In this document: piece after piece, positions 14,071 through 28,300 of the stretch
Numbering within the stretch: the stretch's first letter is position 1
Layout of the letters: each line of letters begins with the position of its first letter
NCBI GenBank assembly: GCA_964247055.1
Contig: OZ176051.1
Coordinates: forward strand, 3,596,001-3,660,000
Direction of reading: 5' to 3'
Length of the DNA: 64,000 nucleotides
Source of the DNA: Paragordius varius
Taxonomy: Eukaryota; Animalia; Nematomorpha
Translations under genes and position numbers: made by a program
The notes under the pieces: generated by a model
What the model was told of the DNA's origin: nothing
The model's database searches: none
Seen by the model: only the letters and a program-made list of their open reading frames with translations

Positions 14071-17000
14071 ATGAATTATGGGCCGATTTTACATATAAAA
14101 ATTCACATTTATCGTAAAATCCAATGCTTAATTATAGAAAATGAAATGGACATAACATCATCTAGAATTAAATGTAATTTAAAGATTAAGACTACTTCTG
14201 TTCGCAATAAAGGTATCAAATAGTTTAATTTTAGGAAATGCACATCTTTTAAACGATATATTTACACCGAAATCAGTCTTAAACAAAATAAATCCAAAAG
14301 TATTGATTATTTCTATTTAGACTTTCTTTAACATATCTATTTGGAATAAATTAAAAGACAACGGTTGTGATATGGGCAAATTAATAACTTTGCTCCCAGA
14401 ACACGATCAAAATGTTTTAAAAAATACAAATTCTTTGGCTGATCACAAAAATATAACTTTGCCCACATTAGATTCTATTTTTAATAATGAATATTTTAAT
14501 GCAGCGCTTGTTCATTGGAAAAGTCGACTCAAAAAGGGTATATATTATTTGTAAATATTCCAACACCTACGTTTTTAAAATAGATCCATTTTCGATTATT
14601 ACCCATTTTTATTAATTGATATTTTAAGGTGAATTTCGTAATACTTGTATCCAACCAACACTGAACAAAAATAAAAAAGCACACCTAGCAATATCAACGA
14701 AAAATAGCAAAAAGAATGATAATCATCCACTTGATGTAAGTTAATCGCGTGTATTTAATCAATAATATATTATCTATTATTAAAATTCTTAGGAATTGGT
14801 AGTGTACTCACGTTGAGTTATTTATAAATAATATTTTTTTAATTTTAAATAATTCGTATTTACAACCTGCAAATATTATTTATACAGCCAATAGATAAAA
14901 AAAGTCCTAAAAAGCGTAACAAATTGCTCAAATCATCAAACGTTCCATTCCTGAAAAAGAAATCAAAACTCATTATTCGAAAATCAAAATTTTCTATATC
15001 ACTTTCTCAAAACAGGTCATTTATCTTACATCAAATGCTATATATTTTGTTTATTTTATAATCAATATTTTTTAAAATATTTTACTATTATAATAATCTA
15101 ATTCTACTATTAACAATGTTATTTCAAAATTATTGGCATAAAGTTAAGAAAAAGTTAGATGCTTCGTCACATCTTGAACACCAGGCTCTAAGGGACATAT
15201 CATTATTAAGAAAATATGATTTTTTTAAATTAATTATTCGACATCCGTATCCTTTTACCAGACATTGAATTCATCATTACGCCTGTGAACGATTAGTAAT
15301 ATTTTTGATTGATAGACGGTTACTGGTTTACCTTTGGGGGGATTGGGTCTATCGATTCCAATCAAATGTCCCATAAATTATGCTTTGTTAGCATTTCAAA
15401 TATATGCGTTGTTAAACCATGTGAATGAGTTAATTACGCACGTTTAACAAGTTTTTAAAGTTTTGGTCAACTTTCGTATATAATGCATTTAAACCACGTT
15501 GAAACTTTTAAAATAATTGCAAAATTGATCCTATTTCACATCTTCACTTAAAATTTCTACACAAAAATCCAAGCTTTCCGCCGCTTTAACTTCATCAAAA
15601 ATAACATATGTTCCTCTGAAAATAAATTAAATCTTACCGGCATTTTCATATAAAAAAGTCGTATTATCTAAGAGTTTGATCGATCTATGCAGCCTTCATT
15701 TTGTTGTAAGCTTCCACGGTATTGAAAATGTTTTAATTGTTATTAAAAGCATTAGATAGAGTTTATGTAACACAGATGGTTGTAGAGGTGGTCTTAGCCC
15801 CCAAAAATTAATCATTAACCTATTTTTCATTAAATAATTATTAATATATAAAAAGAGCTTTAAACATGTGGCAATGTATACAAGAAGGCGAAATTACATG
15901 CGATGTAATATAATTAATTATGTTTACTTTAAACTTGATATGACTTTTAGAGCCTGGTAAAAAAAATTTACTTAGAAGAGGAAGCAAAATATATTATTCA
16001 AGAATTCACGATTTCGAACCTAAATTTTTTTATAATAAACTCCCGTGATTTAGGTATGTTTGATATCCCCAATATGCAACTTTGGCATTTAAAATTATGA
16101 TTGTCATTTAATTTTCCCTTCAGGATAGTGCTTTTTTTGTGAACCCACATTTTACATACATAAAATAGCATTTGTTTTAACCTCTTTGTGGCAAATAGAG
16201 CATGGATATTTTATAGTTCTGTTTTCATTCCCTGTAATCATTACTTTTGTTTTTTCTATATGAGGCATTTAAGATACCAAAAAATCGAAGAATATTCATT
16301 AAAATTGATAATGCTCTTGTATGAAAATGCATAAAGCTGCGTTAAAACACTAGTCGGAAACACAAATTATTTTAACATTAATATAGGCCTCCATCAGGGC
16401 TTTCAACGTTAAGACCAATACTTTTCATAATAATAATGGATTATATATATAAGCAGAGCATCATGGCTATACGCCGATGATTGATCATAACTGCAATAAC
16501 AGCACACCAATTGAAAAGTTTTTATCTCAAATTACATTTATATTTCCAAAAACATAGCCTTAAAATAAATATATAAAAAACAAAAGTAATGAAAACAGAA
16601 CTATAAAATATCCATGCTCTATTTGCCACACAGAGATTAAAACGAATGCCACAGCTGGTCTTTAAATTTAGGGTAGTCAAAGTAAGATGGTTTTTATTGC
16701 CAAATTTAAAATAGAAGATGCGGAAAATAGAAATTATTAAATAAATATAAAAACCTCTCTATTCAGCTACCTCCAATTTTAGAGACCCGCTGTGATGATA
16801 ATATTTTCCTGTTTACATTAATATACTATGAATGAAATTCAGCAAATTATTTTTGCACATATATAAATATATAAGATGAGAAAATTCATTAATTGCTTGG
16901 TTATATTTTCAGCTTATATGCCTGTTTTAATAATATTGGCCTGATGAGCGACTTCATGATTCATTTTTTAAATATGTTTTTTGACTACTTACCACTCTTT

Positions 17001-18600
17001 TTTAGTTAAATTTTCTTCCATTAATATTTATATTATAAATTAAAGGCGATTAAAACCGAAATCTACCACAAACACTAACGAACCCGAATATGGAATAGTC
17101 GAAAAATCTGAAACGAAATTAGTAAAGAATGTTTCACCCTCTTTGACAAATCGAAATACACGAAATAAAATTGATTTAAAACAATCAATAGAATCTCAAG
17201 ACATGCATTTACCTCAAAATTTACCCTACCTTATATTACATGATCATTCATACTTTAAATATCAATACCCATCTTTACTAAGCTACAAATTATCACAAAA
17301 TACGGCATCATTTGAGTCAGAGAATGAACTAAAACTTAGTACTGATCCTCAAAGAACTAATCCACATAGGTTAACCAAAATCAATTATTGTCAGAAAAAA
17401 CTACGAAAATCACGACAGACATCTCATGAACAAGCTTCATCAAATGGAACATACAAATATATATTACCAAAATCTATGGAGCCTAAACCGTTACCAGTAG
17501 ATATTATCGAGAGTAAAAACAATAGTCCAATCCCATTACTAACTAAAGCTGATCAGACCACTAGTATTTGTCTTTCATCTCAAAACCTCAAAGATGATGA
17601 AATTAATACTCACCTCAACTCTAGAGTCAATGATTTGTTAATGTCACCTTCGGATGGTTCACGAGAACCTACCATATTTGAAACATTTTTAAACAATTTA
17701 GATCCTGTGCTGCGTAAAAATTTTCTTACTTCTGTTTATCAGACTTTGGGGGCTGACACTTCTAACGACATTTCTTCTATACAACAACAAAATCAAAACA
17801 CAAAAATACCAAATTCGACGGAACAACAACGATCAATGGTTACTACTCCAAATTTAAGCCACCCTGATAATACAATTAATTTTTTGCCGTCCGATATTAC
17901 AGTTTCCAACCATCAAGAAAAGAATAGTTTAGCGTGTCAGAAATCAGTTATAACTAAACCTATCCCATGTATTACTCTACACCATTATCCCAATATCACC
18001 GCGACCAACTACATAAACAATATTTCAAAAGATAGTTTACCAAATCAAATGTCCATAGTTTCCAATTCTATTATAGCTTTACCACAAATGCAACAAAACG
18101 CCCTGCCTCAATCAGAATCCATTGCTTTTGCAAACTCACACATGCTTAGAAAAGCTCGGTATTTTGATAAACCTCCTCCAGTAGACGTAAAAAGTGATAA
18201 TACCATTCAAAATGGACAATTATCCAAAATCCCTCCAATCATCACATTTGTCAAACCTCAATCCACATCAAATCCTAAGACGAATAATGCAAATATTAAT
18301 AAAAATTACTCCAATTTATTACCCAATTTAAATCGTTCCCTTCATTTCGGTGATCGCGCAAATAGCGTAAATCATTTGAGTGTATGTCCCACGTTAAATC
18401 CTATGATAAAATGCCTAAAATGTGGTGCTTATAATCATTCTACATCAGCTGTACTAACTAATAAATGCACCTCCAATAAAAATGCTTTATCATCATTGAA
18501 TAATTTTGTACATGTTAATGGTCAAACTACAACTAACAACACAAACGAAAAATGTCTTAATTGTTCAAATATTTTACATATCAATACATTAACAAAATGA
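14071..18600 (+). CDS. Asx: Additional sex combs (Asx/ASXL) homolog with ASXH/DEUBAD domain and divergent C-terminal PHD
   Basis: Exons 14071-14113, 14138-14212, 14235-14299, 14321-14537, 14629-14735 give DIFTPKSVLNKINPKTFFNISIWNKL...LLPEHDQ...IFNNEYFNAALVHWKSRLKKGEF, matching ASXH (IDLETPDSIL...LLPEVD...NNEFF..A...W.ERL..GEF). The last exon 17046-18600 contains CPTLNPMIKCLKCGAYNH, like ASXL C..LKAMIMC.GCGAFCH. Middle exons (14736-17045) are unresolved and the start codon is tentative. Confidence 0.85.
16181..16636. mobile_element. Second TTAA-flanked MITE (456 bp, ~70-bp TIRs) in an Asx intron
   Basis: TTAA|CCTCTTTGTGGCAAATAGAGCATGGATATTTTATAGTTCTGTTTTCATT at left and its reverse complement ending GAGA|TTAA at right. 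Confidence 0.8.
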
Positions 18601-19103
18601 TAAAAATAAAGATTATGATATCAATATATATGAGTATGGTGGTTTTTTGAATTGAAAAATTGATTACTTGACTACATTATTTTATCAAATTTGTCCAATG
18701 CGTTCATGAAGTCATTGTTATTAAGAGGTTTATAATAATTTCAAGTTAATATCGCAGTCGTAAATTAGTATCTTTTTATTTTGCAGATTATTGTTGGTAA
18801 TATTAAAAATTCCAATCGTCTTTATATTTTTTGTAATATTGGATTGCTTTAAATTCAAATGGGTTTGTGCCTTAGAATATAAATGGTTGTACACGAAATA
18901 TAATTAAACTATGGCGGAAAACAATTCTGGATAATTTTTCATAACCTTTTTTGAACTAATTATAGGAGTTGATTGATATTCTTTAGGGGAGCTTATTTGG
19001 CTAAAAAGGATCTGCCAATGTTTGAATCATATCAGCCAAAATTAAAAATCGTCCAAACCTTGGGCAATTCAGTTATATAATTTTAAATAAATAAAGATAT
19101 TAA

Positions 19104-20639
19104 CTTCGATTCAAATTGGGGTATCTAAAAACCCCAGACATTATTAAAATTCATATTTAAAAAACTATTGAACGAAACGATTCCACTTTAAAAATATGCT
19201 TCTATCCTAATGAAAATTGTATATATAAACCAAAATATCTAAATAATATTTAGTTTTGGAAAAAAAGTTCCGTATGAAACTACTTGTGCCACTTTTATTC
19301 CAGAACATTTTGCAAAATATTGTTTTTATTTGATTCTAAGGCTAAAATTTAACATTAATATAAACAGAAAAAGTGGTATTGTATTATTTTTATATTTGGC
19401 CTATGAACATATGTCATAATGGCTAAATTTTTAGCTTTGGGTTTTACCTCCCAATAAGTAATATCAAGTAACTTTGAATGTATATTTTATTTTTTTGTTG
19501 ATTATTATAAGTGTACTTTGCCATTGTTTCAATTTATTCAATACTAGCGTAAATCTCGTGCTGCTATGCAGCCCGAGGAAATCCTTCGGACTTCTGGGGA
19601 AAAGCTATGATCCATAGGAATTTAAAAAACGGTGCATACATACTAATATATTGTTTACTTGGGTCAAAAATAGAATTAAAAATATTTTTGTGGATTTTGT
19701 TTTTTTTTAAAAAAGGCATTTTACTGGGGGAGCGGGTAAAAAGAGGGCCTAAATTAAAAAAGCGAGCCACTATGTGTGGCACAATCGAAAATAAGTAAAC
19801 AAAAATTTTATTTGAAATTGAATGGTCCAACACTTTCTCTGGAAAATTGTCTCAAAGACACGATTTTTGTGGACTTCTGTTTTCAAAAGAAGCCCGTTTT
19901 TAACACGGGGTGGGCCCGAACTGGGGGCCTAATTCAAAAAAAGGGCGAAGCTATTGTCGGTAATGATTATATTTTTTTTATATTTGGATTGAATGGGTCT
20001 ACCCGTTTCCGGAAACAGATCACAAAGCCACATGACGGAATTTTTAGCGGGTAGTTCCTTACCCAAGTCATCAAAGAAACGCTTGACTGAAATTTTTGCC
20101 TTTTAACAGGGAATACGTGGATAGCTTATTGATTTTTACGGTCTCATTTCTTGGGTCAATAATAGAATCAAAAAATTATTGTGGACTTTGTTTTTTTTAA
20201 AAAAAGGCATTTTACTGGGGGAGCGGGTAAAAAGAGGGCCTAAATTAAAAAAGCGAGCGACTATGTTCGGCGCAATCGAGAATAGGTAAACAAAAATCAT
20301 ATTTGAAATTGAATGGTCCAATCCGGAAAATTGTCTGAAAGACACGATTTTTGTGGACTTATGTTTTCAAAAAAACCGTTTTATACACGAGGTGGGCCCG
20401 AACCAGGACCTAATTCAAAAAAAGGGTTAAGCTATTGTCGGGGCATTCATCAATGATTAAACTTTTTCGATATTTGGACTTGAATGGGTTTATCGGTTTT
20501 CCGGAAACAGATCACAAAGCCAGCATTTTCCATTGATAAATATATAGATTTTTGAAATATTTAATTTTGAAAAAGCTTGAGGTATCTAACTACCCCAATT
20601 TAAATCTAAGGACTGAAATAAATGTGTTGTATCCAAGTG
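19104..20639 (+). mobile_element. piggyBac-like MITE family P, copy 2, interrupted by Helitron copy 2
   Basis: The left end ttaacttcgattcaaattggggtatc and right end gtatccaagtg match copy 1. Removing 19544-20548 rejoins ...ttcaata|tttttgaaat... collinear with copy 1. Confidence 0.85.
19544..20548 (-). mobile_element. Helitron family A, copy 2 (1005 bp, duplicated 5'-proximal module)
   Basis: CTAG at 19544-19547 with the hairpin, TC end at 20547-20548, A|T target. The module at ~19680-20030 is repeated at ~20165-20520. Confidence 0.9.
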
Positions 20640-21254
20640 TTTCTAAAGGCCTTATCATTAACCTTTGCCGACTTGATAAGGTTGATTTAAATTGCAGGAC
20701 ATATTCCAACGTTTGCAAGAAAGTTAGCCCTATCGTATGATAAACATGTTCCAAAATTCAAAAGCCCCAAATGAAGTCCACTAAATGCTCTAAAAATGGA
20801 CTTCCCACCAGAGCATATTTGTCTGCGATTTAGAATATAGTTATTTCGTTGGAAAACTCTTAACACTTGATGCTTCTTTTTTGTCCGCGATGATATATTG
20901 GGGTAGTTTTATATCTCATAGCTCAATATTGTATATAAACTACTGTATTGGAAGTTATTTTAGTTAAATTTAATTAAAAACATTATTTTCCACTATAAGA
21001 TTAAAAAGCATAATTACAGTTTGTTACTTCTGGAGTATTGAATTGGGACAGCTCAAGATTACAATTGAATGAAAGATTACTAAGCTTAGTTAAAACATTT
21101 TCAAACCATAATACACATTTATTTTGTATAAATGTATTAAAAAATAAAAGAAACAAAGTGGCGGGAAAAAGTTTGAGGATTTTTTGCAATTTTACGCGTT
21201 TTAAAATATTGATCATTTTAAAAGGCCAAATAAAGAATATTATATTCGCCCTAA

Positions 21255-21751
21255 TACCTTTTGAATCAAATTGGGGTATCTAAATAACCCAGGCAATATT
21301 TGTTATATTATAAAAAAAACTACTGAAAGAAACGGTTTCAATTTAAATTTATGCTTTTAATTTATTAAAATTATGTGAATCAGCCAAGAAATTTAGTTTT
21401 AAAAAAGCTTAGTATCAAAATACTTCGACGCCATTTTTATTTAACATTTTTGCAAAATATCGTGTTTATTTGATTTTAAAGCTAAAATTACATTTAACAT
21501 TTATTTAAGAAAAAGTATTAAAATGCTTATTATTTTTGTATTTAGTTTATGCTCAAACATGTTGGAAAGTTTAACCTTAGGTTACCTCAAATATTTTTGA
21601 ATGAATCTTCTTATTCGGGTTGTTGTTTAACTGGAAACGTTTGCCATGGTTTCAATTTATTGCATAATTTATTATTTAATTTTAAGCATATCTGGGGTGT
21701 CCAACGACCCCAATTCGGATAGGACAGAAATGAATGTGTTGTATCCAAGTG
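21255..21751 (+). mobile_element. piggyBac-like MITE family P, copy 3
   Basis: Degenerate left end (tttgaatcaaattggggtatc), intact right end gtatccaagtg|TTAA, body collinear with the other copies. Confidence 0.8.
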
Positions 21752-22372
21752 TTAAATTTTTTTAAAGATATACCAATTGCAAATCGCTGTAATATAAAAA
21801 GTCCTCAAAAGGTGATGCGCTGAAATTTATAGAAAGTCAAATATTTATATTTTATTTAATTATTAGAATTTTTATAAGCATAAAATTCTGAGATTATAAA
21901 ACCACATTTTTTCCATGATGTTACTAAACATTCTATATCCTCATAATTTTGATATAATTTATGACCTTGAAAATAAATAATATATCTATTTATAATTGAT
22001 TGCAAATAAAAAATTTAAAATTTTTGAAGAGGCAATCGAAATAATTAATATCTTGACAATTTTTTATAATGATTGGAGAAATGTGTAGTGATTTTTAACG
22101 CAAATACATTTTTAAGTTGCTTTTAACCATATAAATATAATAAATTTGGACTAGTAATAAGATTTTTAATTATTATCTGGGACATCAACTACTAAAAAGT
22201 AACATAGAGTTAATAAAAAATATAATTGCCATCTCTGTATTTAAAATATTTTATGCTACTGCTTTTTATTTTTTATAAGCTGGTAATTTAATGACAAATA
22301 ACAAATAGTTTAATGTTAATTTACAAATCTTAAACTTCTATATAAAACACACAGTGTGAGTAACACGCATTC

Positions 22373-25300
22373 ATGCAAATTAGGAGCTGTATTTAAATTT
22401 TTTAAAAGTTAGCTTCAAATCTAGCCGTGAATCGTTTGTTCGCTTTTATATTCATAACCATAACATTTGTGGTTTCAAGTCTTTTAACAATTTTTTGGGG
22501 ACAATTTAAAGGTAAGTTATATAAATTTTTATATCCATTAACATTAAATTATTAATTTAAACCCGTTGAAACACCATTAATAGTTACATTTTATAAATTT
22601 TTAATGCCACATATATTATAAATAATGTATAAAATAAAAAATCAATGCAAAGAAACGTTTTGCCCATTCTTTTATAACACTATAAGAGAGTATTTATGAT
22701 CATATTTTTAGCATCTGTACCTACTTTAACCGTTCCATCACCGTTAAGTTTTGAGGTTGAAAGAGATACATTTCTCAAAACATCCTTGATAAAATTACAC
22801 GATTTGGGATATTCATACCCCGGTCCTATAAATAAAGACTTTGATCCCCTAATAAATGAATATAATAACGCAAACAAGTATAAGCTGGTTCAAGGTGTGG
22901 AAAACGAGAAAAAAAGCGATTTGCCTCAAATTTCTGAACTAACTTCAAATATACCTGATTCAACTCACAATCAAGAAGCAGACGATTCTATAAGGCATAT
23001 ACGAAACGTTGTTCCCAAAGTTTCCCTAAAAGTTCATTCTTACCAAAAATTAGGATTGAATCCCAGTGAAAGCTATCCCCTACTAAGTCAAACATTGTTT
23101 ACTAAACAATTCAATAAATCCTACGCGGAAAACAAATATACAAATAATCGACTCGCCGATGATTTTCAAACAGCCAAATTCAACTTGTTAAATTCTCTGG
23201 ATAATATAAGATTCATTCAACAAAAAGTAACAAAAGGCGGCATCCTAAATATTCCTAAGGAAAACGATACATTATTGGAACGGTTAAACTTTCATTCGAG
23301 ACTCTTAAACCTTTTAACGGAAAATATGAATCAAATATACGAAATGTTAAATGAGACTTTTGATTACAATATAAGTTCAAATTCCTATGAGGTATTGTAA
23401 CTATTGTTTTATCAACTTTTTAAATAATTTTAAATTCTTAAATTTAATTAAACCTAACAATAGCCAATTATTTTGATCTTACTTTCTATTGTTTTAACTA
23501 CTGTATAAACTTTCAACTGGAAATTGTATATAATAGAATGCTTAATATTCATTATGTAAGTTTTTTGTTAAAACAAAAATTGTGCCATGTGTAAGTCAAC
23601 TATTTTCTTATTTTAGCCTTTTTTCTAATATCCCTCGGCTAAATGTTTAAGAAATTAAAATTGTTCCTAATATAATTTATATATCTATGTATGCTACGTA
23701 AAATTGTCTAATTTTGTGAACCGGAAAGATGCAACTTTAACAATTATTATAATAATAAGTCATAATAAAAATAAAAATATTTAACCATATGAATCTTTTA
23801 TTGTTTTATCCTTTTTTTCGCAGGTGAAAAAACACCATAAACACGACACCTAAAAAGTGAAAAGATAAACTTTTTTTGTTCAAATGATTACAAGTTGGTC
23901 GAATGCTATGTTTTAGATAATAATTATAAAATTGAAATTTTTAAAGATAAACTTTTTTGTTCAAATGAGATTAGTGTGCTGGATACTTTAGATAATAATT
24001 ATAATTACAAAATTGCAATTTGATGCTTAAAAATTAGTGTTGTAATATATATTATTAATACTTTCAAAAAAGCTTGATTAAAATTGGTGGTGCGTTAGGA
24101 GAGTGGTGTAATTTTTAAAGAAGAAATTTTTTTTTAATTTATATAATATTGTTGGGAATGGCATTGACTGCAAAAATGTAGTACTGAAAGCGCATTATTA
24201 TTATTATGAAAAATATGCCTTTTCTCATCCACCTATTATATCTATATTTATGTTTAAACTATATTATGTAATCTAAAAAGTATAAAACAATGTGCGCGAA
24301 TGTTTTTAATTATGCATTCTACTTTCGTATTCAATTTAAGTGAATGGCTGGTTGGTTTTGCTTACGAAATTTTTCTATGAAACACTACTCTCTAATTAGA
24401 TATACACATCTTGAATGAATTTATAATAAGCATTTTTCCCTAGAAATAAACTGCACGGATAATTTTAAACTTTACAAATAATCAATATGTGTTATATATA
24501 ATAATTAGAATTTAGATGTCATCACTGTAAACAATGATGACTTGAGTGAACAGATTACAGAAGGTAATGTGCCGGAACCAAAAAATCCAAAAATTGATTA
24601 TGACTACAATTTTTTTGAAATGGAAAAGGATAACTCTTCTCCTCCGGGTGTGCCCATCATATTTTTGATTACGCCAACGTTGCAAAAACCTCAGCAAAGG
24701 GCTGATTTGATTCGCCTTTCACAAACGCTTATGTTGGTACCTACCTGTCATTGGATCCTTATTGAAGATGGTAATGAAACAAGGTCCGAACTCACAAACT
24801 TATTACGAAGGAGTGGCTTATCTTTTACACATTTACATGCTAAAACACCACCCAAAATTAAGGTTAGTTTGTGGTTCAATAAGCATTTATTTATGTATTT
24901 TGGGTATACTGCTAAATTTAATGGATAATTTACAAAAGGTAAAATTTCCATAAGTTTTATTTAAATGAGGTATTTTTGCGAAATAGTTTTATTTCACTGT
25001 TAATACCAGCCAAATTAATGAGTTATACGGTTTTAATACATTAATAATCCGTTATAATAAACCAAAACCTTTTCAATTTTATTAGTAGATTTATATTATA
25101 TGACGATGATTGAAATTTTGGTATATCCTCAAATTTATTGTTTTTATTCAATTTAAATGGCACATTAAATTGAGTAACATAATATACCAAATGGCTACTT
25201 TATGACTTCCCTGTTCAATTTTTTTATAAAACTAAAATAGGCTATTAAATATTTTAAACAACAATAGATTTTAACTTTTACACTGCAAATTAGTATTATG

Positions 25301-28300
25301 TCACAAATTTTTTTATATATTTTATTCTATAATAAGATAAATGATAACTAAAACTTACGCAAGAACAAAAAGTATAAATTAATAAACTATGTTTAAAAGA
25401 TTTGATATTTTGGTAGGATGTTCTAAAAATTCAACCGTATAGACCACGCGGTGTGGCACAAAGAAATGCTGGGTTAACTTGGCTACGGACATTTGCTCAA
25501 GAAATCACTCTTTTCACGAATCAAACTTTACAACAGAAAATGGTAACAGATCCAAACTTTGTATCTAATTTATCTAAGGATGATAAAATATATCGCCAAC
25601 TTCTGAACCAACTTATTGCCTTGTACAAACGAAAATCCAACATTTTAAAAGGTAGTTTTAGGATTAATTAATTAGCGATAAAGAGAAAAATGCATACAAG
25701 ACTTATATTCTATAGTTTACGGTTTGAAAAATATAACTAATCCAATTAATTATAACACGTTTTAAGTAAATTTTAATGAGCCACAAAATCATATACTATT
25801 TCACCAAAATTTAGTTACGTATCCGAAACAAGATTAAATAAAAAAGGTTTTTAAAAGTTATTATATAATTTTTTATGATTTTAAGATATCAATTTTAAAT
25901 ATATTTTTGTTAATATTTTTATAAATGTTTAGAATCCTTGTCTCTTACGCTTAATAATGGCCCTGTGTTAAACGCATCATCCAATCCATCACTGAATGAA
26001 ACTATAACGCCAATAAACAGTATTTCGAGACATGTTTTATATGGCATGTTTGATAGAGCACTTAAACAATGCCTGAATGTTTCGAACAAAACTAGTATCT
26101 TTGGATATGTATATTTTGCTGATGATGATAATACGTATGATTTGGCCCTTTTTGATGAGGTTTTTGTCTAAATTTGATTTTGCAAAGTTATTATAACTAA
26201 TTTGGTTGTTTCTATCAAAAAAACAAAACTAATTCCTTTAACATTCATCCATTCAAAAAAGGCTTGAAAAACGTGAGAAAATGTTAAATTAATTTTTAGA
26301 CAAAAGAATAAATAACATAACATTTTTCATTTATAAACTATGTAACAAAAAGAGTATTATAAAATGGTAATATATCATGCGTTGGGAAGAATGTGTTTAA
26401 AGTTTATTTTAGCCTAACCCATTTATTCTCACGAGACGCTATAAAAGCTTTTAAAATATTTTTAAGTAAAAAAAACATGGTTTGGTCAATATCATTTTAT
26501 GATAATAACAAATTGATATTTTTAATGGTGTGTATTTTGCAAAAGTATTGATTTTTTAAACAAAAACAATGTCAATTGTTTTATCAAACACGCGAATCTT
26601 AAAAAGTATTTTACAACAAAAGTTAATGTCTTGACACTTTGATTCGAATCTGGGTATCTAAATACTCCAGAGTATATTTAAGTTAATATTTTCTACCAAA
26701 TGAAACGGTCCTAATTTAATTTTTAGAAAATTTTATAAATAAGCCGAATGTCTAAATAAAATTTAGTTTTGAAAAAAAGTTCCATATCAAAATACTACGA
26801 CGCCATTTTTGTTTTACAAAATTTTTGCAAAATATCGTTTTTATTTAATTTTTCTAAAAGCAAATTTTTTAAATCACATCTAACATTGATGGAAATCAAA
26901 AAAGTGGTTTATTTCTTATTATTTTTAGATTTAGCCAATGTACACATGTCATGTTGATTAAATTTTTACCTTTGTTTACATTAAAATAAGTAAAATCAAA
27001 TATTTTTAAATGACTTGTTTTAAAATTTTAATTCATTAATGTTATATAGGTGCAAACTTTTGCCATGGTATCAATTCCCTTCATATTTTTTGTCTTTTAT
27101 TATTAACATTCCTGGGGGTATTCAATTACCACAATTTTAATCGAATGACTGAAATTAATGTGTTGTATCCAAGTGTTAATGTGCAAACTTGTTTTTATTA
27201 ACGATAATTTAAAGCAATTTTACATTTCTTGTTGTAAATTTAGGATAAACGATATCAAAATTACACTTCGAATTTAATAAATATAACTATTATAATCTTG
27301 CCTAGATGCGTAAAATCAAAAGGGTTGGAATTTGGCCCGTCGGTTTAGTCGGAGGACTTTATGTGGAAAAACCATTTTTACATAAAAGAACTGGTCAAGT
27401 CATTGGTTTCGATGTCATTTTTAATCCAACTCGTGCCTTTGCCCTTGATATGGCCGCATTTGCTATAAATTTGGAACTAATTTTGGGTAAACCGCAAGCC
27501 GAATTTGCCGTTGAAACATGCGTTGGTAAGAAACATGAGATGCCGTTTTTATTTTTGAATGATTGATTTTTTTTTCTCTCTAAACAGTGTCTATTAATCA
27601 AGTAAATTCTGGTTATATATATATAAATATGTCTTTAAAAATTTTTAAAAAGCGTTTTTTAAGAATGATTCGTTAAAAGTTGAGATTTTCCAAAAAAAAC
27701 TGACTCTTTTGTAGACATTTAGCCATCATAATGAGCCACAAACTATAAAAATTAATATATGATCATCAAAAAATTTATAAAATATATCAGGATATTAAAA
27801 CATTCCAATTATATCTTAGAAAGTTTCTTTTTAAAAAAAGAAAAGCCATGGGGCGGATAATGAGTCATGTAGGTTTTCCGCAAGCGCGTCATTTTGAAGC
27901 ATTATATTATTGGTTTTTAAAATTTATTGGAATTTCGTTACCTAGGTTGTGTTGAAACGTCATTGCTCAAACATCTCATTACATCAAAAGAATTAGAACC
28001 TCTAGCTGATAATTGTACCAAAGTAATCTATATCATTTTATATCATGTTTTCTTAAAACATTGTGTTTAAAATAAGAATATTAACGGGGTTTTATACCTT
28101 AATCTTTATAATCAATGTTTTTCGATTACCATTTTTTCAAAAAATATCAATGTATTATTGTCATTTATAAAATCGTTGGTAAGACCTTGCTCATTTTAAA
28201 TAAAAATTAAAATTTACATTATGCCATTTACGGTTCAAACTCACCCTTAAACCAATTCACCCTCGAACAATTTAAATTCATCCTAAAATATATTATGTGT

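Noticed and set aside
16385-16420. CTGATGG motif on the minus strand suggesting a hammerhead
   Set aside because: No stem II closure or GAAA follows.
19564-20345. Cluster of short ORFs, also at 11303-11485, 54591-54803 and 56214-57296, with mutually similar translations
   Set aside because: They are chance frames in copies of the same non-coding Helitron module, with no RepHel motifs.
23861-24020. ~82-bp imperfect tandem duplication in a B3GAT intron
   Set aside because: Ordinary local duplication with no coding or structural signal.
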